Part shown: positions 10,258-21,941 of the stretch, in pieces
How positions within the stretch are numbered: the first letter of the stretch is position 1
Layout: each line of letters opens with the position of its first letter
Source: Cyanidioschyzon merolae
Taxonomy: Eukaryota
Strand: one strand, 5' to 3'
Length of the DNA stretch: 64,000 nt
NCBI GenBank assembly: GCA_000091205.1
Contig: AP006500.2
Made by a program: the position numbers and the translations under genes
The notes under the pieces: model-generated
Told to the model about the DNA's origin: nothing
The model's input: only the letters and a program-made list of their open reading frames with translations
The model's database searches: none

Positions 10258-11763
10258 ATGGTGCGCTGCGTCCACCTGCGACGACCTCGTTCGTGCATCG
10301 GGTTCGTGGACGCCCAGCTCATCAGGGACCACAGGAAACTGACACGATGTCGTTCGGATACAGGCGGGACAGGTCTGCGGTCGACCTGTTGTACGCGCCG
10401 CTGGTGCTGTGCTCAAGCGCAGCGTCTGCCGCTGCCGGAACGCAGCCCTGGTACGATCCTGCGGGTGGCGTGTGTCGGTGACGTTCACGACCAGTGGTCC
10501 GATGTTGACGCTCATCTTCTAGACACGGTGGTACAACCTGATGTGGTGCTTTTCACGGGTGATTACGGGAACGAGAACGTCGCCTTGGTGCGCAACATTG
10601 CAGCCTACGCGAGGAGGCGCTCTGGAGCAGCAACTTCAGCGCGCTGCGTTGCCAGTGTGTTCGGCAACCACGATGCCTGGTATACGGCTTCTGCACGGAG
10701 ACAAGCAGCAGCAGCAGCAGATGCTGCTGCTGCTGCGGGTTTGACACGTCGCTTCGGGGTTCCGTTGTTGGAAACGAAGGTCGAAGGTGCCGTTCGTGAG
10801 CAACTGGCTCTACTACGGGAGGTGGATGTGGGCTACGGCGTACGTACCGTTCACCTGGCCGAAAGAGATATAGGTGTACCGCTTTCCATTGTTGGGGGTC
10901 GCCCGTTCTCGTGGGGCGGCCCCAACTGGCGTTATCCTCGATTCTACGAGGAATATTTCCAAGTGTCCAGCATGGAGGAATCAGCTGCTCGCATTCGAGC
11001 CTGCCTCCGAGCAGAAGTGGAACGCGTTTGGTCCGCACGGCTTGAGCGCCTCGAGGAAGAGCGATCAGGGCAAGCTACCTCCAACCGACATCCGTCGAAG
11101 CAAGACGCGTTTGCTCCGGTGCCCTGTCTTGGAGTTCACCAGGTGGTCTTCCTCGCGCACAATGGGCCCTGTGGTCTCGGTGATGAGCCGCATGATATCT
11201 GTGGCCGTGACTTTGGCTTCGGCACTGCTGGAGGTACTGGATTCGATACCTCCAGCAAGCTGCAGGGTGACTTTGGGTGCCCGGACTTGGCCGACGTCAT
11301 TCAGTCGCTGAAAACGAAACCTATGATGGCGATCCTGGACGGAGAAGCCTCCGTTTTTATAGATGTGCCGCTTTGCGTCTTCGGGCACATGCACGAGCAG
11401 CTCCAGTGGGATCCACAAGGTTATGGAATCCGCCAAATGGTTGTCGAGAGCCATCATACTGTCTATGTGAATGCGGCTGTGGTGCCGCGCGTTCGTGCTG
11501 CTCGAGAAATTGCGGAGCTCAGCGGGCAAGCCAGCCTGGAGCCTGGCGAACAGCCTTTCCATAATTTCACGGTGATCGATATGGAACAACGTGCTTGTCG
11601 AGAGACAGAGGCAGCAACCTGCCCAGCGAAGGAACCCGATGATGCGCTCTATCGTGTGCGGAAGGTGTTTCAGGTGTGGCTGTCAGAGAAGGCGCCTCAA
11701 ACGGCGAGCTACGTAACCTGTCTGTATGAAAGCTCCACAGAATATGGGCAAGACCCGGAATGA
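10258..11763 (+). CDS. calcineurin-like metallophosphoesterase domain protein
   Basis: MPP motifs GDVHDQ, GDYGNE, GNHDAW and a later GHMHEQ. Track start 10225 is TTG; first ATG is 10258. Contains the (GCA)5/(GCT)5 palindrome in its coding sequence. Confidence 0.7.
   Translation: MVRCVHLRRPRSCIGFVDAQLIRDHRKLTRCRSDTGGTGLRSTCCTRRWCCAQAQRLPLPERSPGTILRVACVGDVHDQWSDVDAHLLDTVVQPDVVLFTGDYGNENVALVRNIAAYARRRSGAATSARCVASVFGNHDAWYTASARRQAAAAADAAAAAGLTRRFGVPLLETKVEGAVREQLALLREVDVGYGVRTVHLAERDIGVPLSIVGGRPFSWGGPNWRYPRFYEEYFQVSSMEESAARIRACLRAEVERVWSARLERLEEERSGQATSNRHPSKQDAFAPVPCLGVHQVVFLAHNGPCGLGDEPHDICGRDFGFGTAGGTGFDTSSKLQGDFGCPDLADVIQSLKTKPMMAILDGEASVFIDVPLCVFGHMHEQLQWDPQGYGIRQMVVESHHTVYVNAAVVPRVRAAREIAELSGQASLEPGEQPFHNFTVIDMEQRACRETEAATCPAKEPDDALYRVRKVFQVWLSEKAPQTASYVTCLYESSTEYGQDPE
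10705..10736. repeat. perfect palindrome (GCA)5-AT-(GCT)5 inside the metallophosphoesterase CDS
   Basis: Direct reading: gcagcagcagcagcagatgctgctgctgctgc. Encodes QAAAAADAAAAAG. Confidence 0.8.
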
Positions 11764-11924
11764 TTCGCGTATTTTTGGTTAAGGTAGATGCAGCGTGATG
11801 AGGAGGCCTCCAAACGGGCCGTGTATGGTGATTCTATTCGCCGAACTTGTATGACAAGCACGACGAATAAACATTGTAAGAATGCAGGCACGTGTAAAGG
11901 AAAACGATGCCTAGACGGATGGAT

Positions 11925-12620
11925 GCATCCGGGAATCCATAAGCGGATAAGTGCATGAATCAATGAATACGAACGATGTATGCATGATTGAATGCATCCA
12001 TCCATACAACCGATGCATCCTGGTGACTCTGGGGTAACGTGGCAACTTGGATGATGATCGAATCCATGAATCAATGAACACGAACGATGTATGCATGATG
12101 GGATGCATCCATCCATACAACCGATGCATCCTGGTGACTCTGGGGTAACCTGGCAACTTGGATGATGATCGAATCCATGAATCAATGAACACGAACGATG
12201 TATGCATGATTGGTTGCATCCATCCATACAACCGATGCATCCTGGTGACTCTGGGGTAACGTGGCAACTTGGATGATGATCGAATCCATGAATCAATGAA
12301 CACGAACGATGTATGCATGATGGGATGCATCCATCCATACAACCGATGCATCCTGGTGACTCTGGGGTAACCTGGCAACTTGGATGATGATCGAATCCAT
12401 GAATCAATGAACACGAACGATGTATGCATGATTGGTTGCATCCATCCATACAACCGATGCATCCTGGTGACTCTGGGGTAACGTGGCAACTTGGATGATG
12501 ATCGAATCCATGAATCAATGAACACGAACGATGTATGCACGATTGGATGCATCCATCCATACAACCGATGCATCCTGGTGACTCTGGGGTAACGTGGCAA
12601 CTTGGATGATGATCGAATGC
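11925..12620. repeat. minisatellite, 111-bp unit x ~6.3 copies, with alternating sub-variants (222-bp higher-order repeat)
   Basis: Unit: gatgcatcctggtgactctggggtaac(g/c)tggcaacttggatgatgatcgaatccatgaatcaatgaacacgaacgatgtatgcatgat(g/t)g(g/t)(a/t)tgcatccatccatacaacc. Copies begin at about 12012, 12123, 12234, 12345, 12456 and 12567. Track ORFs 11709..12600 and 11911..12600 are array artefacts with a 37-aa periodicity. Confidence 0.9.
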
Positions 12621-13260
12621 GAAGGAATGCAGAGGCTTTGCGATATCCTCATGCGAATGAATACATCAGTTTTCCCGTGACTTGCCAGAGATGCAGCTTA
12701 CAAGCTCCTCTTGATAGGTTCAAGAGCTGTCCATGAACATCAGTTTCGACTTCTCGGATGTCGAGTACGGTATCTGGTCGTTGCGTTGCTAGATTGCAAC
12801 TCTACCACTGGTGTTATCGAACTTGTCTAGACTTTTTGGAACTCAAGAAAACACGTTTTCCCTGGTCGCGTAATACCCTTTAACGATGCGTTCAGTTTGG
12901 AACGACACAGGTTGCTGGCATTTTCACCGGAGAACGTTCCTGAGAAACGCTTTCTGTCTTGTTCCGAAGCGTCGCAAAGCTTGACCCCTAAAGTTATGTC
13001 CCAGAAAACCGAACACCCGGCGGGGTCGGGTGCGAGTCTTCCTTTGAGGCGCTTCCGCTGCGCTGCGCGCCTTCTTCGATACCCGTTGTCGTTCGACGCT
13101 GCCGCACCAAAGCGAACAAAAAACTGCTTCTCGAACGAGAGCACGGTCGCGAAAACCAGGCAACAGAAACAACTATTCAGGCTTCAGTGCTGTCCGTTGG
13201 TAAGGTTACGACGTCGCTACAAACGGAACCGGAGCAGCGGTCTTTCTGCTTACCCGGTCT

Positions 13261-13708
13261 GTAAGCAGTCCGTCAGGGCAGATACCACGACGACGTCTAC
13301 AAACAGAGCAACACTAGCCGACGCTCATAGTTTGTGCGCTCCTGTGCAGCGTTCAAGCTCATCGTGCAACAAGTAAGCAGTCCGTCAGGGCAGATACCAC
13401 GACGACGTCTACAAACAGAGCAACAGTAGCCGACGCTCATAGTTTGTGCGCTCCTGTGCAGCGTTCAAGCTCATCGTGCAACAAGTAAGCAGTCCGTCAG
13501 GGCAGATACCACGACGACGTCTACAAACAGAGCAACAGTAGCCGACGCTCATAGTTTGTGCGCTCCTGTGCAGCGTTCAAGCTCATCGTGCAACAAGTAA
13601 GCAGTCCGTCAGGGCAGATACCACGACGACGTCTACAAACAGAGCAACAGTAGCCGACGCTCATAGTTTGTGCGCTCCTGTGCAGCGTTCAAGCTCATCG
13701 TGCAACAA
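13261..13708. repeat. minisatellite, 112-bp unit x 4 copies
   Basis: Unit gtaagcagtccgtcagggcagataccacgacgacgtctacaaacagagcaacagtagccgacgctcatagtttgtgcgctcctgtgcagcgttcaagctcatcgtgcaacaa, starting at 13261, 13373, 13485 and 13597. Confidence 0.9.
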
Positions 13709-13861
13709 GTCGGCTCTCGTTGCACCGCGTCTACTCGGCTGCTGCTGTGCTGAAAGCGTCCAGCGGTTCCAAGCACAGTCGAATAGCCGATCGAGCTAGG
13801 CTTGTTTTCGTTTGACGCTGTGAGCTTTGCGCCTGGTGCTTCCGCAACGATTCGGTGACTG

Positions 13862-16624
13862 ATGAAGACACCAGCTGCATACTGTGGCATTCCACGGGCG
13901 CTCGACGTCTCTGCATATGCTGCTGCACGTCTGAGAGAGTTGTGGCGACTGCAGCACGTCGTTCGAGCAGAGCAATGGCCCAACGTGAGCCGTAATAGAG
14001 CGCGGGCGGGTCGCTCAACGCGTCGTGTGTTCCAGTTATTGCCGTGGCATGCTCGTCGTCGAACGATGTCTTTCAGCACTCATCGTGTTCCGCGACCCTT
14101 CCGACACCTAGCTTGGGTTGAACTTTCGAAACAGCCGGCTGCTAGCCGCCGTTCAAGGCGTTCAAAGCTTACCAAGAAGGAACACTATCGTCGTCGGCGA
14201 TGGACTCGACGCGCCTACCGAAAGAGCGCCTTTCTTGTGAGAGATCGCTCCGAAGTAACGAGTCCATATGGCTGGCTCGAAACCCATGTCTGGCATGCGA
14301 AACGGATGCATATGTTTGAACCGTGCTGGGGCGGTCGACTCGCTTGGGCGCCCTGTGACCGAGGACTCAGAAGTTTCTGGCGCTGCGTATCCCGTGGTCA
14401 GTCTGATAAGCGCTGGAGACTCTGCAACGATATCTGCGCTATATATGATGCATCGTGGTATCGGGTGATTGAAATTCCTGAATACGTCGCACGCCATGTC
14501 CTACCGGGGCTCGTTGGAGAACGCACTTGGGCACGGCTTTGTTGTCAACCGGTCTGGCTTGGCTTGAAACGACTGGAAAATACCGCTATCTGGGATGAGT
14601 CAGGACGGATGATTGCTGCACAGGTGGAGTGGCTCTGGGAACCGCCCTCATTACCGATGTCGTCAGAGTCACGAAGAGAACCGGCTCCAGAGGGTACGCA
14701 ACCCATGGAAATCGAACAAACCGCAAGCAACGAGTCGGGGCACCTTGCTGGCCATTCGAAACGGCGTCTCTGGGCAATGGTACATCCACTCGTAAAAGAC
14801 GCTGTTCTGGAGTTGCTGCAAAGGGGCGTATCACGGATGTTGGCTTCCAGTCGACACGAGGCAGCTCCCGCGGAAGTGCATGCCACAACGCTTGATGAAC
14901 CTCTGGTATCGGGAACGCGCCCAAAGAGGCAGGAGGGAACCAGTGCTTTGCGATGCGCTGCACAAATGGAGCGCTCCCCAGACGCCCAAGAGCACACAAG
15001 TACCTGGTCAAATACCCCGGACACTGTGCAGGAGTTACCTGATGGTCTGGTTCGCTTCGAGTTGTACGGGAAGCGCTCCACAGAAGCGCTTCACCGAGCC
15101 CTGTTGAACGCCAACGCGCAAGGTCGAGACTGGATAGCATTCAGCCAGCTTGCGTCGCGGCTGGTATCTGCCGACAGCGTCAGCGGACAGAGCGTGTTTC
15201 ATCTGCATTGCGCAGATCCTCGACTGTTTTACCCTCCTAGAGTCCGAGTACCTGGACAAAGTCTATCGCAGACGCAAGCCGATTACAACTATGATGCCTT
15301 CGGGACGTATCTGCGCGCGGCGAGCGACTGGAAACGAAACTCCAGCCTGCCGGCCGCTATGCACGCGAGAACGCTCTTTGATACCACCTGGCGCAATGAG
15401 CTGGTGCTGAACGGCGTACGCGCTCTACCAGAAAGGTCATCTACTCGTATCCTCAGGTGGAAGCGGCGCCTAGCACGAGCAGAGGCTGCCTTGCAAGCAA
15501 CGCATAGTCGCCGGCCTGTTGCTGGAACGTGCGCTGCCGTCGTGCCGCGGACGTCATCCACAGCGCCTCCGCTCAAAAAGCGCCGCGTAGAGCCAGCACC
15601 TGCCGGGACGTTGTCGTCAAGCGCAGCTCTGGAAGCATCACGCGTGCTTGCAGGTGAAGCGCTCAGTGGATTGGCTGCTGCGCAGGCCGGTGAGCACTCG
15701 ACTTTGCTGCGCATACCCGTCGTGCTGCTGCATCGTCCAGCACAGGCGAGACGTCGATGGGACTCGGGCTGGGATGTGCTGCTCCCCAAGCGTTGGGCGA
15801 TGCCGTTCTGGAGCTCCCTGTGCTACGCGGGTGCTCGCGGTGTTGGTCTACGAGAGCGACGCTACGTCTATCACGAATCGGGCCGCTGTCATTTCCCAGA
15901 GGACTTTCCGGAGTGTAGGGAAGCGTACACACGCTGGGCTCAGCGCGACATTGAACGCGCTGCTGAGCAATGGAAACGAAGACCTCCGAGCAAAAGAGTG
16001 AATTTTACCCTGTACAGAGTACCGGAGCCTTTTGGTGTCGCCGATTGGCTCACGACGTCACTCTCTTCGGCGGGTAACGCGGCAGGAGCTGCCACCGCTG
16101 CTGTCGCTGGTGAAGAGTTGCATGTGCTTCGTTCGCGACAGGCCTTGATCGCACACGATGCGTACCAAACTGCATCGCATTCCGAGCAGCATCCCGTGTC
16201 CAGAGCTCGTTATCTTGTTCGAGTTCGTTTGCATCCGATCGGGCGAGCACCGCTGGCGACCAACGCTCTGATATGTTTGCCGCATACCGAGGACCTGGGC
16301 CTGGACGCCAGCACTAGTCACGCTCGAGTCGATGCGGTTCGGGAACAGCGCCCAGTGCCGGTCATCGAAGAACCTCGGGGTACGCACAACGACCACCAGT
16401 CAACAAGACAGGTCATCGGGCGACTGACCTGCAGTCAGTATTCGTGGAGCGACGGTTGTGTACGTGCATATGGTTTCGTCGATGTGGATACCCTGAACGT
16501 ATGTGCTGGTTTCGGATCTGCCAGCCAGAGACGCGCTGAACACCCGGTGGTGCTGGTACGCAACGTCACCAGCCGGGTGTATCGTTGGGCTCGACTCGAG
16601 CCGCTCTTCGACGAGGATACATAG
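13862..16624 (+). CDS. POP1: RNase P / RNase MRP protein subunit POP1
   Basis: N-terminal POP1-domain signature: basic RRSRRSKLTKKEHYRRRRWTRR followed by SPYGWLETHVWHAKRMHMFEPCWG (the LETHxWHAKR motif). ATG start at 13862. 920 aa is typical for POP1. Confidence 0.75.
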   Translation: MKTPAAYCGIPRALDVSAYAAARLRELWRLQHVVRAEQWPNVSRNRARAGRSTRRVFQLLPWHARRRTMSFSTHRVPRPFRHLAWVELSKQPAASRRSRRSKLTKKEHYRRRRWTRRAYRKSAFLVRDRSEVTSPYGWLETHVWHAKRMHMFEPCWGGRLAWAPCDRGLRSFWRCVSRGQSDKRWRLCNDICAIYDASWYRVIEIPEYVARHVLPGLVGERTWARLCCQPVWLGLKRLENTAIWDESGRMIAAQVEWLWEPPSLPMSSESRREPAPEGTQPMEIEQTASNESGHLAGHSKRRLWAMVHPLVKDAVLELLQRGVSRMLASSRHEAAPAEVHATTLDEPLVSGTRPKRQEGTSALRCAAQMERSPDAQEHTSTWSNTPDTVQELPDGLVRFELYGKRSTEALHRALLNANAQGRDWIAFSQLASRLVSADSVSGQSVFHLHCADPRLFYPPRVRVPGQSLSQTQADYNYDAFGTYLRAASDWKRNSSLPAAMHARTLFDTTWRNELVLNGVRALPERSSTRILRWKRRLARAEAALQATHSRRPVAGTCAAVVPRTSSTAPPLKKRRVEPAPAGTLSSSAALEASRVLAGEALSGLAAAQAGEHSTLLRIPVVLLHRPAQARRRWDSGWDVLLPKRWAMPFWSSLCYAGARGVGLRERRYVYHESGRCHFPEDFPECREAYTRWAQRDIERAAEQWKRRPPSKRVNFTLYRVPEPFGVADWLTTSLSSAGNAAGAATAAVAGEELHVLRSRQALIAHDAYQTASHSEQHPVSRARYLVRVRLHPIGRAPLATNALICLPHTEDLGLDASTSHARVDAVREQRPVPVIEEPRGTHNDHQSTRQVIGRLTCSQYSWSDGCVRAYGFVDVDTLNVCAGFGSASQRRAEHPVVLVRNVTSRVYRWARLEPLFDEDT

Positions 16625-16824
16625 CGAGAAGTTTCGCATGAACGTTGTCTATCGCAGCTGCGCTGGATGCGAGCAGAGGCAACGAAGCAGTGCACGCTTC
16701 CGTGGCTTTGACCAGTTCTTGAACCGTTCGGTACAACTAGCTCGCAAAAACACTGCACATCGCGTAGCTTCATTTGCGTCATCGCCAGAGCGCCAAAACC
16801 GGTGCTACCACGCCTTGCGCCCTT

Positions 16825-17400
16825 TTACGCCCGGTGCTTTTCATCGCGCTCCTGACCTGCCATACTATCGCTCGTTCGGATGCTGTGCAGGATCACATCG
16901 CGACTGCTCTCTTGGAATTCACCAGCCATGAACATATCATCTATGATTTGATACACGTTCGGAAAGTTGAATATGAGGTCTAGCTCGCAGACGTTCCCAA
17001 AATACCGATCGAGACACTCGACGAGCAAGTGGATCATATCGAGGGCGAGCAGCTCATTAGCCTCTCCGGTCGCCAAAGACTCTGCATCTATACAGAGTAT
17101 GATGTACAGGGCCGCATACCGGCGGTAGACGAGGCGATCTCTGTACTGTCCCGTTGTATGGAGCCGAACAGCGTCCGACACCGTTGGCTGCACGCCGTTT
17201 GTTTTGGAGGAGGCCGCACGCTGGCCCGCTACGGCGTTGTAGTAGTCGACTACATTGGACCAGTTGGGATCTCGCAGCAGCACCAGGTTCATCATGTCTC
17301 GAATGATGCGTTGCTTTTCCGCCTGGGTGAAAGATTCGAACCACTTTGCTACACGGACTTTGCCGTGGCGGCTCATCATTAACAAAAACCGAAACGTCAT
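16825..17400 (-). CDS. clathrin adaptor (AP) complex sigma small subunit (sigma1/sigma2-like)
   Basis: MTFRFLLMMSRHGKVRVAKWF...LVYRRYAALYIILCID...VCELDLIFNFPNVYQIIDDMFMAGEFQESSRDVIL closely parallels AP-2 sigma MIRFILIQNRAGKTRLAKWY...IIYRRYAGLYFCICVD...[35 protein letters not shown]. ATG at 17400. Confidence 0.85.
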   Translation of the reverse strand: MTFRFLLMMSRHGKVRVAKWFESFTQAEKQRIIRDMMNLVLLRDPNWSNVVDYYNAVAGQRAASSKTNGVQPTVSDAVRLHTTGQYRDRLVYRRYAALYIILCIDAESLATGEANELLALDMIHLLVECLDRYFGNVCELDLIFNFPNVYQIIDDMFMAGEFQESSRDVILHSIRTSDSMAGQERDEKHRA

Positions 17401-17889
17401 TTTTTCGGAACGATACTAGGACGCTGCTGCGGGTGCTTGCTCGTCCTGCAGAGGCCTTTTGTGCGGTCCCGCAGAGCAGTCTGTGTCACGTTCGCTTCCA
17501 CAACCTGCAGCCACCCGACGGGAGTGAAGGCCGAGCAGGCGAGCGCGCAAAGCACAGGTGCGTCCAAGAGCACTATTTGGTACGTTCCTCGAAACCGGAT
17601 GTAAACGAACAATCCAGCTTGTGACGCTAACACCTCGAGAGGCCAACGTGTTTCAAACGTGTAGCGAGGCACGTCTCTGCATGCACCCGGAGTTGCGTTC
17701 GGACTGGAGAGCGCCGTATCCGACGCTGCGCGAAAACACTTGTCCACGTGGCTGCTGCGACATGAAGGTGCTTGGACGCAGTGCGTTTGACAACCACAAC
17801 CGCCTAATGGAAGCATCACATAAGATTCTGCATATAGAACAATGATCAGAAACGAATGAATAACTAGCAACGACATAGTGATTTTTTGT

Positions 17890-18470
17890 CGCTCTACGGT
17901 AAACGTTTAAAGGGAGAAGAGCTTTCGGTATTTTCGACAGTTTACCCTATGAGCGGAAGGTCCCGCGAGCCGGACGAGTCTGTCGGGCTCCTGCTTCATG
18001 CTCCATACAGTGCCGAGTGCTGTCGTGAGACCTGAGCAGTTCGTCCGAAACGCAGTTTATTCTGGGACTGGGAGCGGGTAGATTTCATTCGGGCGTCGCC
18101 CGTATTGCAGTAATCGTCTAGTATATCGCTTCGCGCTGCCGCAGGCAGCAGGTCTATCAGCACAACTTGCAGGCTCCCAGAATGATACCGAATGCCGATT
18201 CGGTCTTGAATGAACCATCCCTCGAGCTGACACCCTCTTTGGTATGGCAGAGCCGTTCTGCCTCCGTGCTGCATCTGCTCCATCTGAAAAACAAACGCGC
18301 AAAGGTGGGTGCTCAAAGCAGACTAGGTGCCCAGTGGAACATACGAAACGGCCAGTATATGCCAGAGGAAGTACAATTGATGGAACTTGGAGATAGGGTG
18401 CAGCAGCAAGATGGACGCTTTCTCACTTAACAATATCCATCCCGTATTCTGGGATCCCTAGTCCAGCGAA
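17890..18470. repeat. dispersed repeat family, copy 1 (second copy at ~59803-60390, same orientation, roughly 75% identical)
   Basis: Shared blocks: ctacggtaaacgtt. 30-nt identical core ggaaggtcccgcgagccggacgagtctgtc (17955-17984 vs 59867-59896). ttcatgct. cgtccgaaacgcagttt. gggcgtcgccc hairpin. atatcgcttcgcgctgccgcaggcagcag. caggctcccagaatga. tggcagagccgttctg...gcatctgctcca. Confidence 0.6.
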
Positions 18471-18749
18471 ATCTCCGAATCAAAACATGGAGTGATGCGC
18501 GACTGGCGGCGACGTTGATAAACTAGGCCTCTTCTCAGCGCTCAACGGACGACACATTCCTGGTGAAAGGTTCGTACGAATAGTGCGTGTTTGAGATACC
18601 TGCAGCTCACATACTTGAACGTGCGACAAATATGGTCACAGGTGTGTGCTAGTTAAGGTGTTTCCTTGTGTTTTCTGCGACTCAACGCTAACTTCCGACG
18701 GCTCGTTCACCTAGACGCCTGCGTCAGTGTCGCTCAGCCAGGTAAAGCG

Positions 18750-18790
18750 TGTGTGTCTGTGTCTGTGTGTGTGTGCGCGTGTGTGAGCAC
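18750..18790. repeat. imperfect (GT)n dinucleotide microsatellite
   Basis: Direct reading: gtgtgtgtctgtgtctgtgtgtgtgtgcgcgtgtgtg. Confidence 0.8.
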
Positions 18791-20557
18791 ATGACGCGTG
18801 CACTAGGGCAACTGGACGACACAGCTGCAGCGCCCGACACGCTGAGGCGTCGGCATGCGCGCTACATTCCACAGATAGACTGGAGCGAGTCGCCTTTGGA
18901 AGCGTCGACGGACTCGTCGGCCTCCGAGTCGGATCGTGCAGTGCGCTCTGCAGCATCGGTCGTGTCAGTCGGCAGCAGTTACGGTACCGGTAATGGTGCA
19001 GGGCGCACAGCGCTCACGGATAGCATGGTAAGCGAACTGGTTGAGCAGTGGTCTCTGCGCAGGCCGCTGCAGGCGAGCGTCCAAAACTCGTCACCAGCTC
19101 GTCGGCACTGGAGCGAGGCTCGTCAGGTGGAGGTGTCGTACTTTATAGCGCCCGAGTTGTTTTCAAACCGGGACTTGAACTTGCGACCCGGCACGAGACA
19201 AGTCGGGTGTTGTCTTTCGTGCCTGCAGCGGCATGCTGAGAGTCAGCAAATCAACATACCGTGAATGTATTCGATGATCTTCACGAGTCTTTGCAGTCGC
19301 AGGGCCCGCTCGTTTTCATGTCGTGCATGGTACTTGCTGGCGCTACCATGACTGTGCAGACATCGCACGGTACTTGCGAGAAGGCACAAAGGCAGTAACG
19401 ACTGCGTTGATAGATGGTGGATCGCTGCAAAGTCCAAACCTGGCATTGCTCGCCTATAACAAGCAGCAGGCGAAATCGTCTGTAAGAGGCATGGGCAGAC
19501 GGAGCATTGCGAGGGAATGCGGACATTGGCAAAGCAAAATGAAAGCCAAGTCTATCCATCCTGTGATGCGTTGGATACATACCCAGCTGTTGCTGGAAGC
19601 GACGCTCGGTCTTGTCTTCTCGTAGTGCAGCAACCGCAAACGTGTACGGCCTGTTTGATAGCTGTTAACAAGGGTATGGTGCGCACCCTCTGGACGTTGG
19701 AGCTGGAAACGGCAGCGTATTCTCAAGACGACGACGGAAATGCGAGCCTCGCTCTGAAGGAGCGACCTCAACGGCACTCTTTTAGACTCCGAGTCGATAC
19801 CTCTCTTAAGCGGTCGCATAGAGGCTGCGAGAGAAAATCGCTGGACGTGTTCCCGGAATCCAGTGTTGGAACGGAAACGAGAAGTAGACGCCATCCTGCA
19901 GGTGCGTATCCCTGTGGGCATCGATGACCGTACCGATATGCCTTGGTGGGAGTGCGCGTTCACCGCGCCGCAGCGCACCGTTGGTGCAGTTCCAGTCGAC
20001 CAGAGCGCATGCGTCGCAGCGTGAGACCCCCGTGCACCGAGCTGAGCATCCGGAACCGCAACGTCCGTGATCCGGTATGCAGCATGCCCTGACAAGAACG
20101 CCTGATCCGATCTGCGCTAGTAACGGATGGATGTTTGGAGGACCCGTGCATCATCACGGGTAGCGTTCGACAGCATCGTGCATGCGTTTCGGTTCGCACT
20201 GAAACTGCAATGTAGCTGGGGCAACTGCTCGACGATAGCGACACACACGGGTCGGTAAACGTGCCGCGTGTTTCCCGAGTTTTGTTTATTTTGTATCTGA
20301 AACAGAGCATGGGGCGCTGCACGCTTCATGTGTAAATTCGGATGTAGCTTCTATGGATCTATCTTGATGACGGTCTGGGGATTTCTCCCGTACCATAGCT
20401 TGACGTGGAGCGCAGCAGGCGCCGACTTCTAAGGGGGTTCTGGAGCTTGCGCGGCATCCATCCAGCTGAACACCTATTTACGGCCTAAGATGGAGGAATC
20501 TAGCGGTGCTAGTTTGGGATGCGCAAAGGCTATCGGTTCATGCACCCGAGGCCTCAT

Positions 20558-21941
20558 CTGCGGCTGTGCCAGATTGAAATGCGAAACTGCATTGCTTGCT
20601 CGGTTCTTTTCCGTCGTTTTCTCGCCCAGCCTCACGCGGTGTACATCCGCTACATTCGAAGCGGAGCAACAGCGGCTTACGAATGCACGCGTCGGTTCAG
20701 GATCCGGAGTCGTCTTGTCCGAGTGGCTCCTTGGACGCGTCACCGTTCCATTTCCGCATGCCATCGGAATCGAGATAGCTCGCGATGCCCCTGGAAACCA
20801 ATTCCAAAATTAACCGATACCATTCCCGAGTTCATACAATGAAGCTTCGAGCCTGCTCCTCTCGTTACGTTTTGCATGCTCAAATCACACACGCTCCAAG
20901 TATTCGATTTCTCTGTTTCAAGGTCGCTCGTGGGCGGAGCATGTGGCGCTCCGGCACCGACCACGAAAGAGAATCGGTGTCATCTGCTTGGCAGCTTGTT
21001 GACCAGCGTATACCGCAAATTCAGTCAACCTGTAACGTCAAATGAGAGAGATCGAATGCGTTCGAAAGACAGGTTCTCGCTTTTCTGTGGTCGTCGTCTA
21101 CGCGGGATTCTACAGTACCATGACGCCTCTGACAGCGTATGCTCCAGGATGCTCCAGTCGGTTGCGCTTGCCCGCAAGAGGTTTTCTGAGTCAGACCTGA
21201 CTCATCTACGGGATCGCATCCAGTGGAGCGTGTGGCATCGCTTTGCATGAGGCGAGCGTTGTCGGACGGGAGTCTCTCGACCTGTTCCCTGGTCTGGCGT
21301 CGCCTTCGAGGCCTTGGTGCATCATGGAAAACATCGCGCTCCACGAACCCGCTATCGAGTGGACCAGCGTGCGCTTCCACGCCCAGCAGACAGCGTCCTC
21401 GACGCTGGGAGCGCCCTGAGGAAGCCCCTGATCGTAGAGTACGGCACGAGACGCAGAGACGCGAGGCGGGTATCGAGGATAGCCTGCAGTGCCTGCCACG
21501 AGCGTGTACCGTGCGATGACGCAAGCGTTGACGCGCCACAGGGCAGCCTTCTCATGAAGACGTGTGGTCTGCATATCGTTAGACCTGAACGCAGCCACGT
21601 GTCGTCTCTGCGAAGGGCGTCTCCAGGTTGTCTGGCGAAAGGATGAGAGTGGCAAGCGAAACGTCGATCACAACTTTTGCCAGTGCACGGCATGCGTTGA
21701 CAACAATCGGCAGCTACGACACCGGGATTTGAACACCACCACCTATATCCATCGACTGCTATCGACGGAGCTGGCGGCAAAGGGGAGACCAGCGTGTTTA
21801 CACCCGCAGATTCGAGGAAACACAGGGAAACATTCTTGGGGAAAGAGGCCACAAACGCTGGTGCGCATAGGAATAGGACGAAACGAAAACCTCGGTGCGT
21901 ACGTCTTTATCAGTGGATCTGTTCTATCTGGTACTGGCGTG
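20558..21941. repeat. 1.38-kb direct repeat, copy A (copy B at 38315-39698, about 98-99% identical)
   Basis: Track ORFs are pairwise near-identical at a constant offset of 17757 nt (20876..21250 vs 38633..38992; 21021..21539 vs 38778..39296; 21564.. vs 39321..). Boundaries read at ctgcggctgtgccagattgaaatg and ...tggtactggcgtgaa. Flanks differ. No recognisable protein inside. Confidence 0.85.

Noticed and set aside
11709-12600. 283-aa and 229-aa minus-strand ORFs with 37-aa internal periodicity
   Set aside because: Generated by the 111-bp minisatellite. Low-complexity translation (Cys/His/Ser-rich) with no known domain.
17890-18470. Dispersed repeat considered as a structured ncRNA gene (RNase P/MRP-like CR-I motif GGAAGGUCC, GGGCGUCGCCC hairpin)
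   Set aside because: A putative long-range pairing in copy 1 (CUGGGAGC with GCUCCCAG) is not preserved in copy 2. The copies differ by indels at ~75% identity, and the homology extends ~590 bp. That pattern is more typical of diverged transposon-derived sequence than of a conserved RNA gene. Left as a repeat.
19454-20095. 213-aa minus-strand ORF in the gene-poor 17.4-20.5 kb stretch
   Set aside because: Low-complexity Ala/Arg/Ser-rich translation, no motif, and a non-ATG track start. Likely a chance ORF in GC-rich DNA.
21700-21760. tRNA-like T-arm motif (minus strand ggtggtgttcaaatcccggtg) inside the 1.38-kb repeat
   Set aside because: I could not assemble a consistent cloverleaf (no matching acceptor/T stems) by eye. 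Not called.
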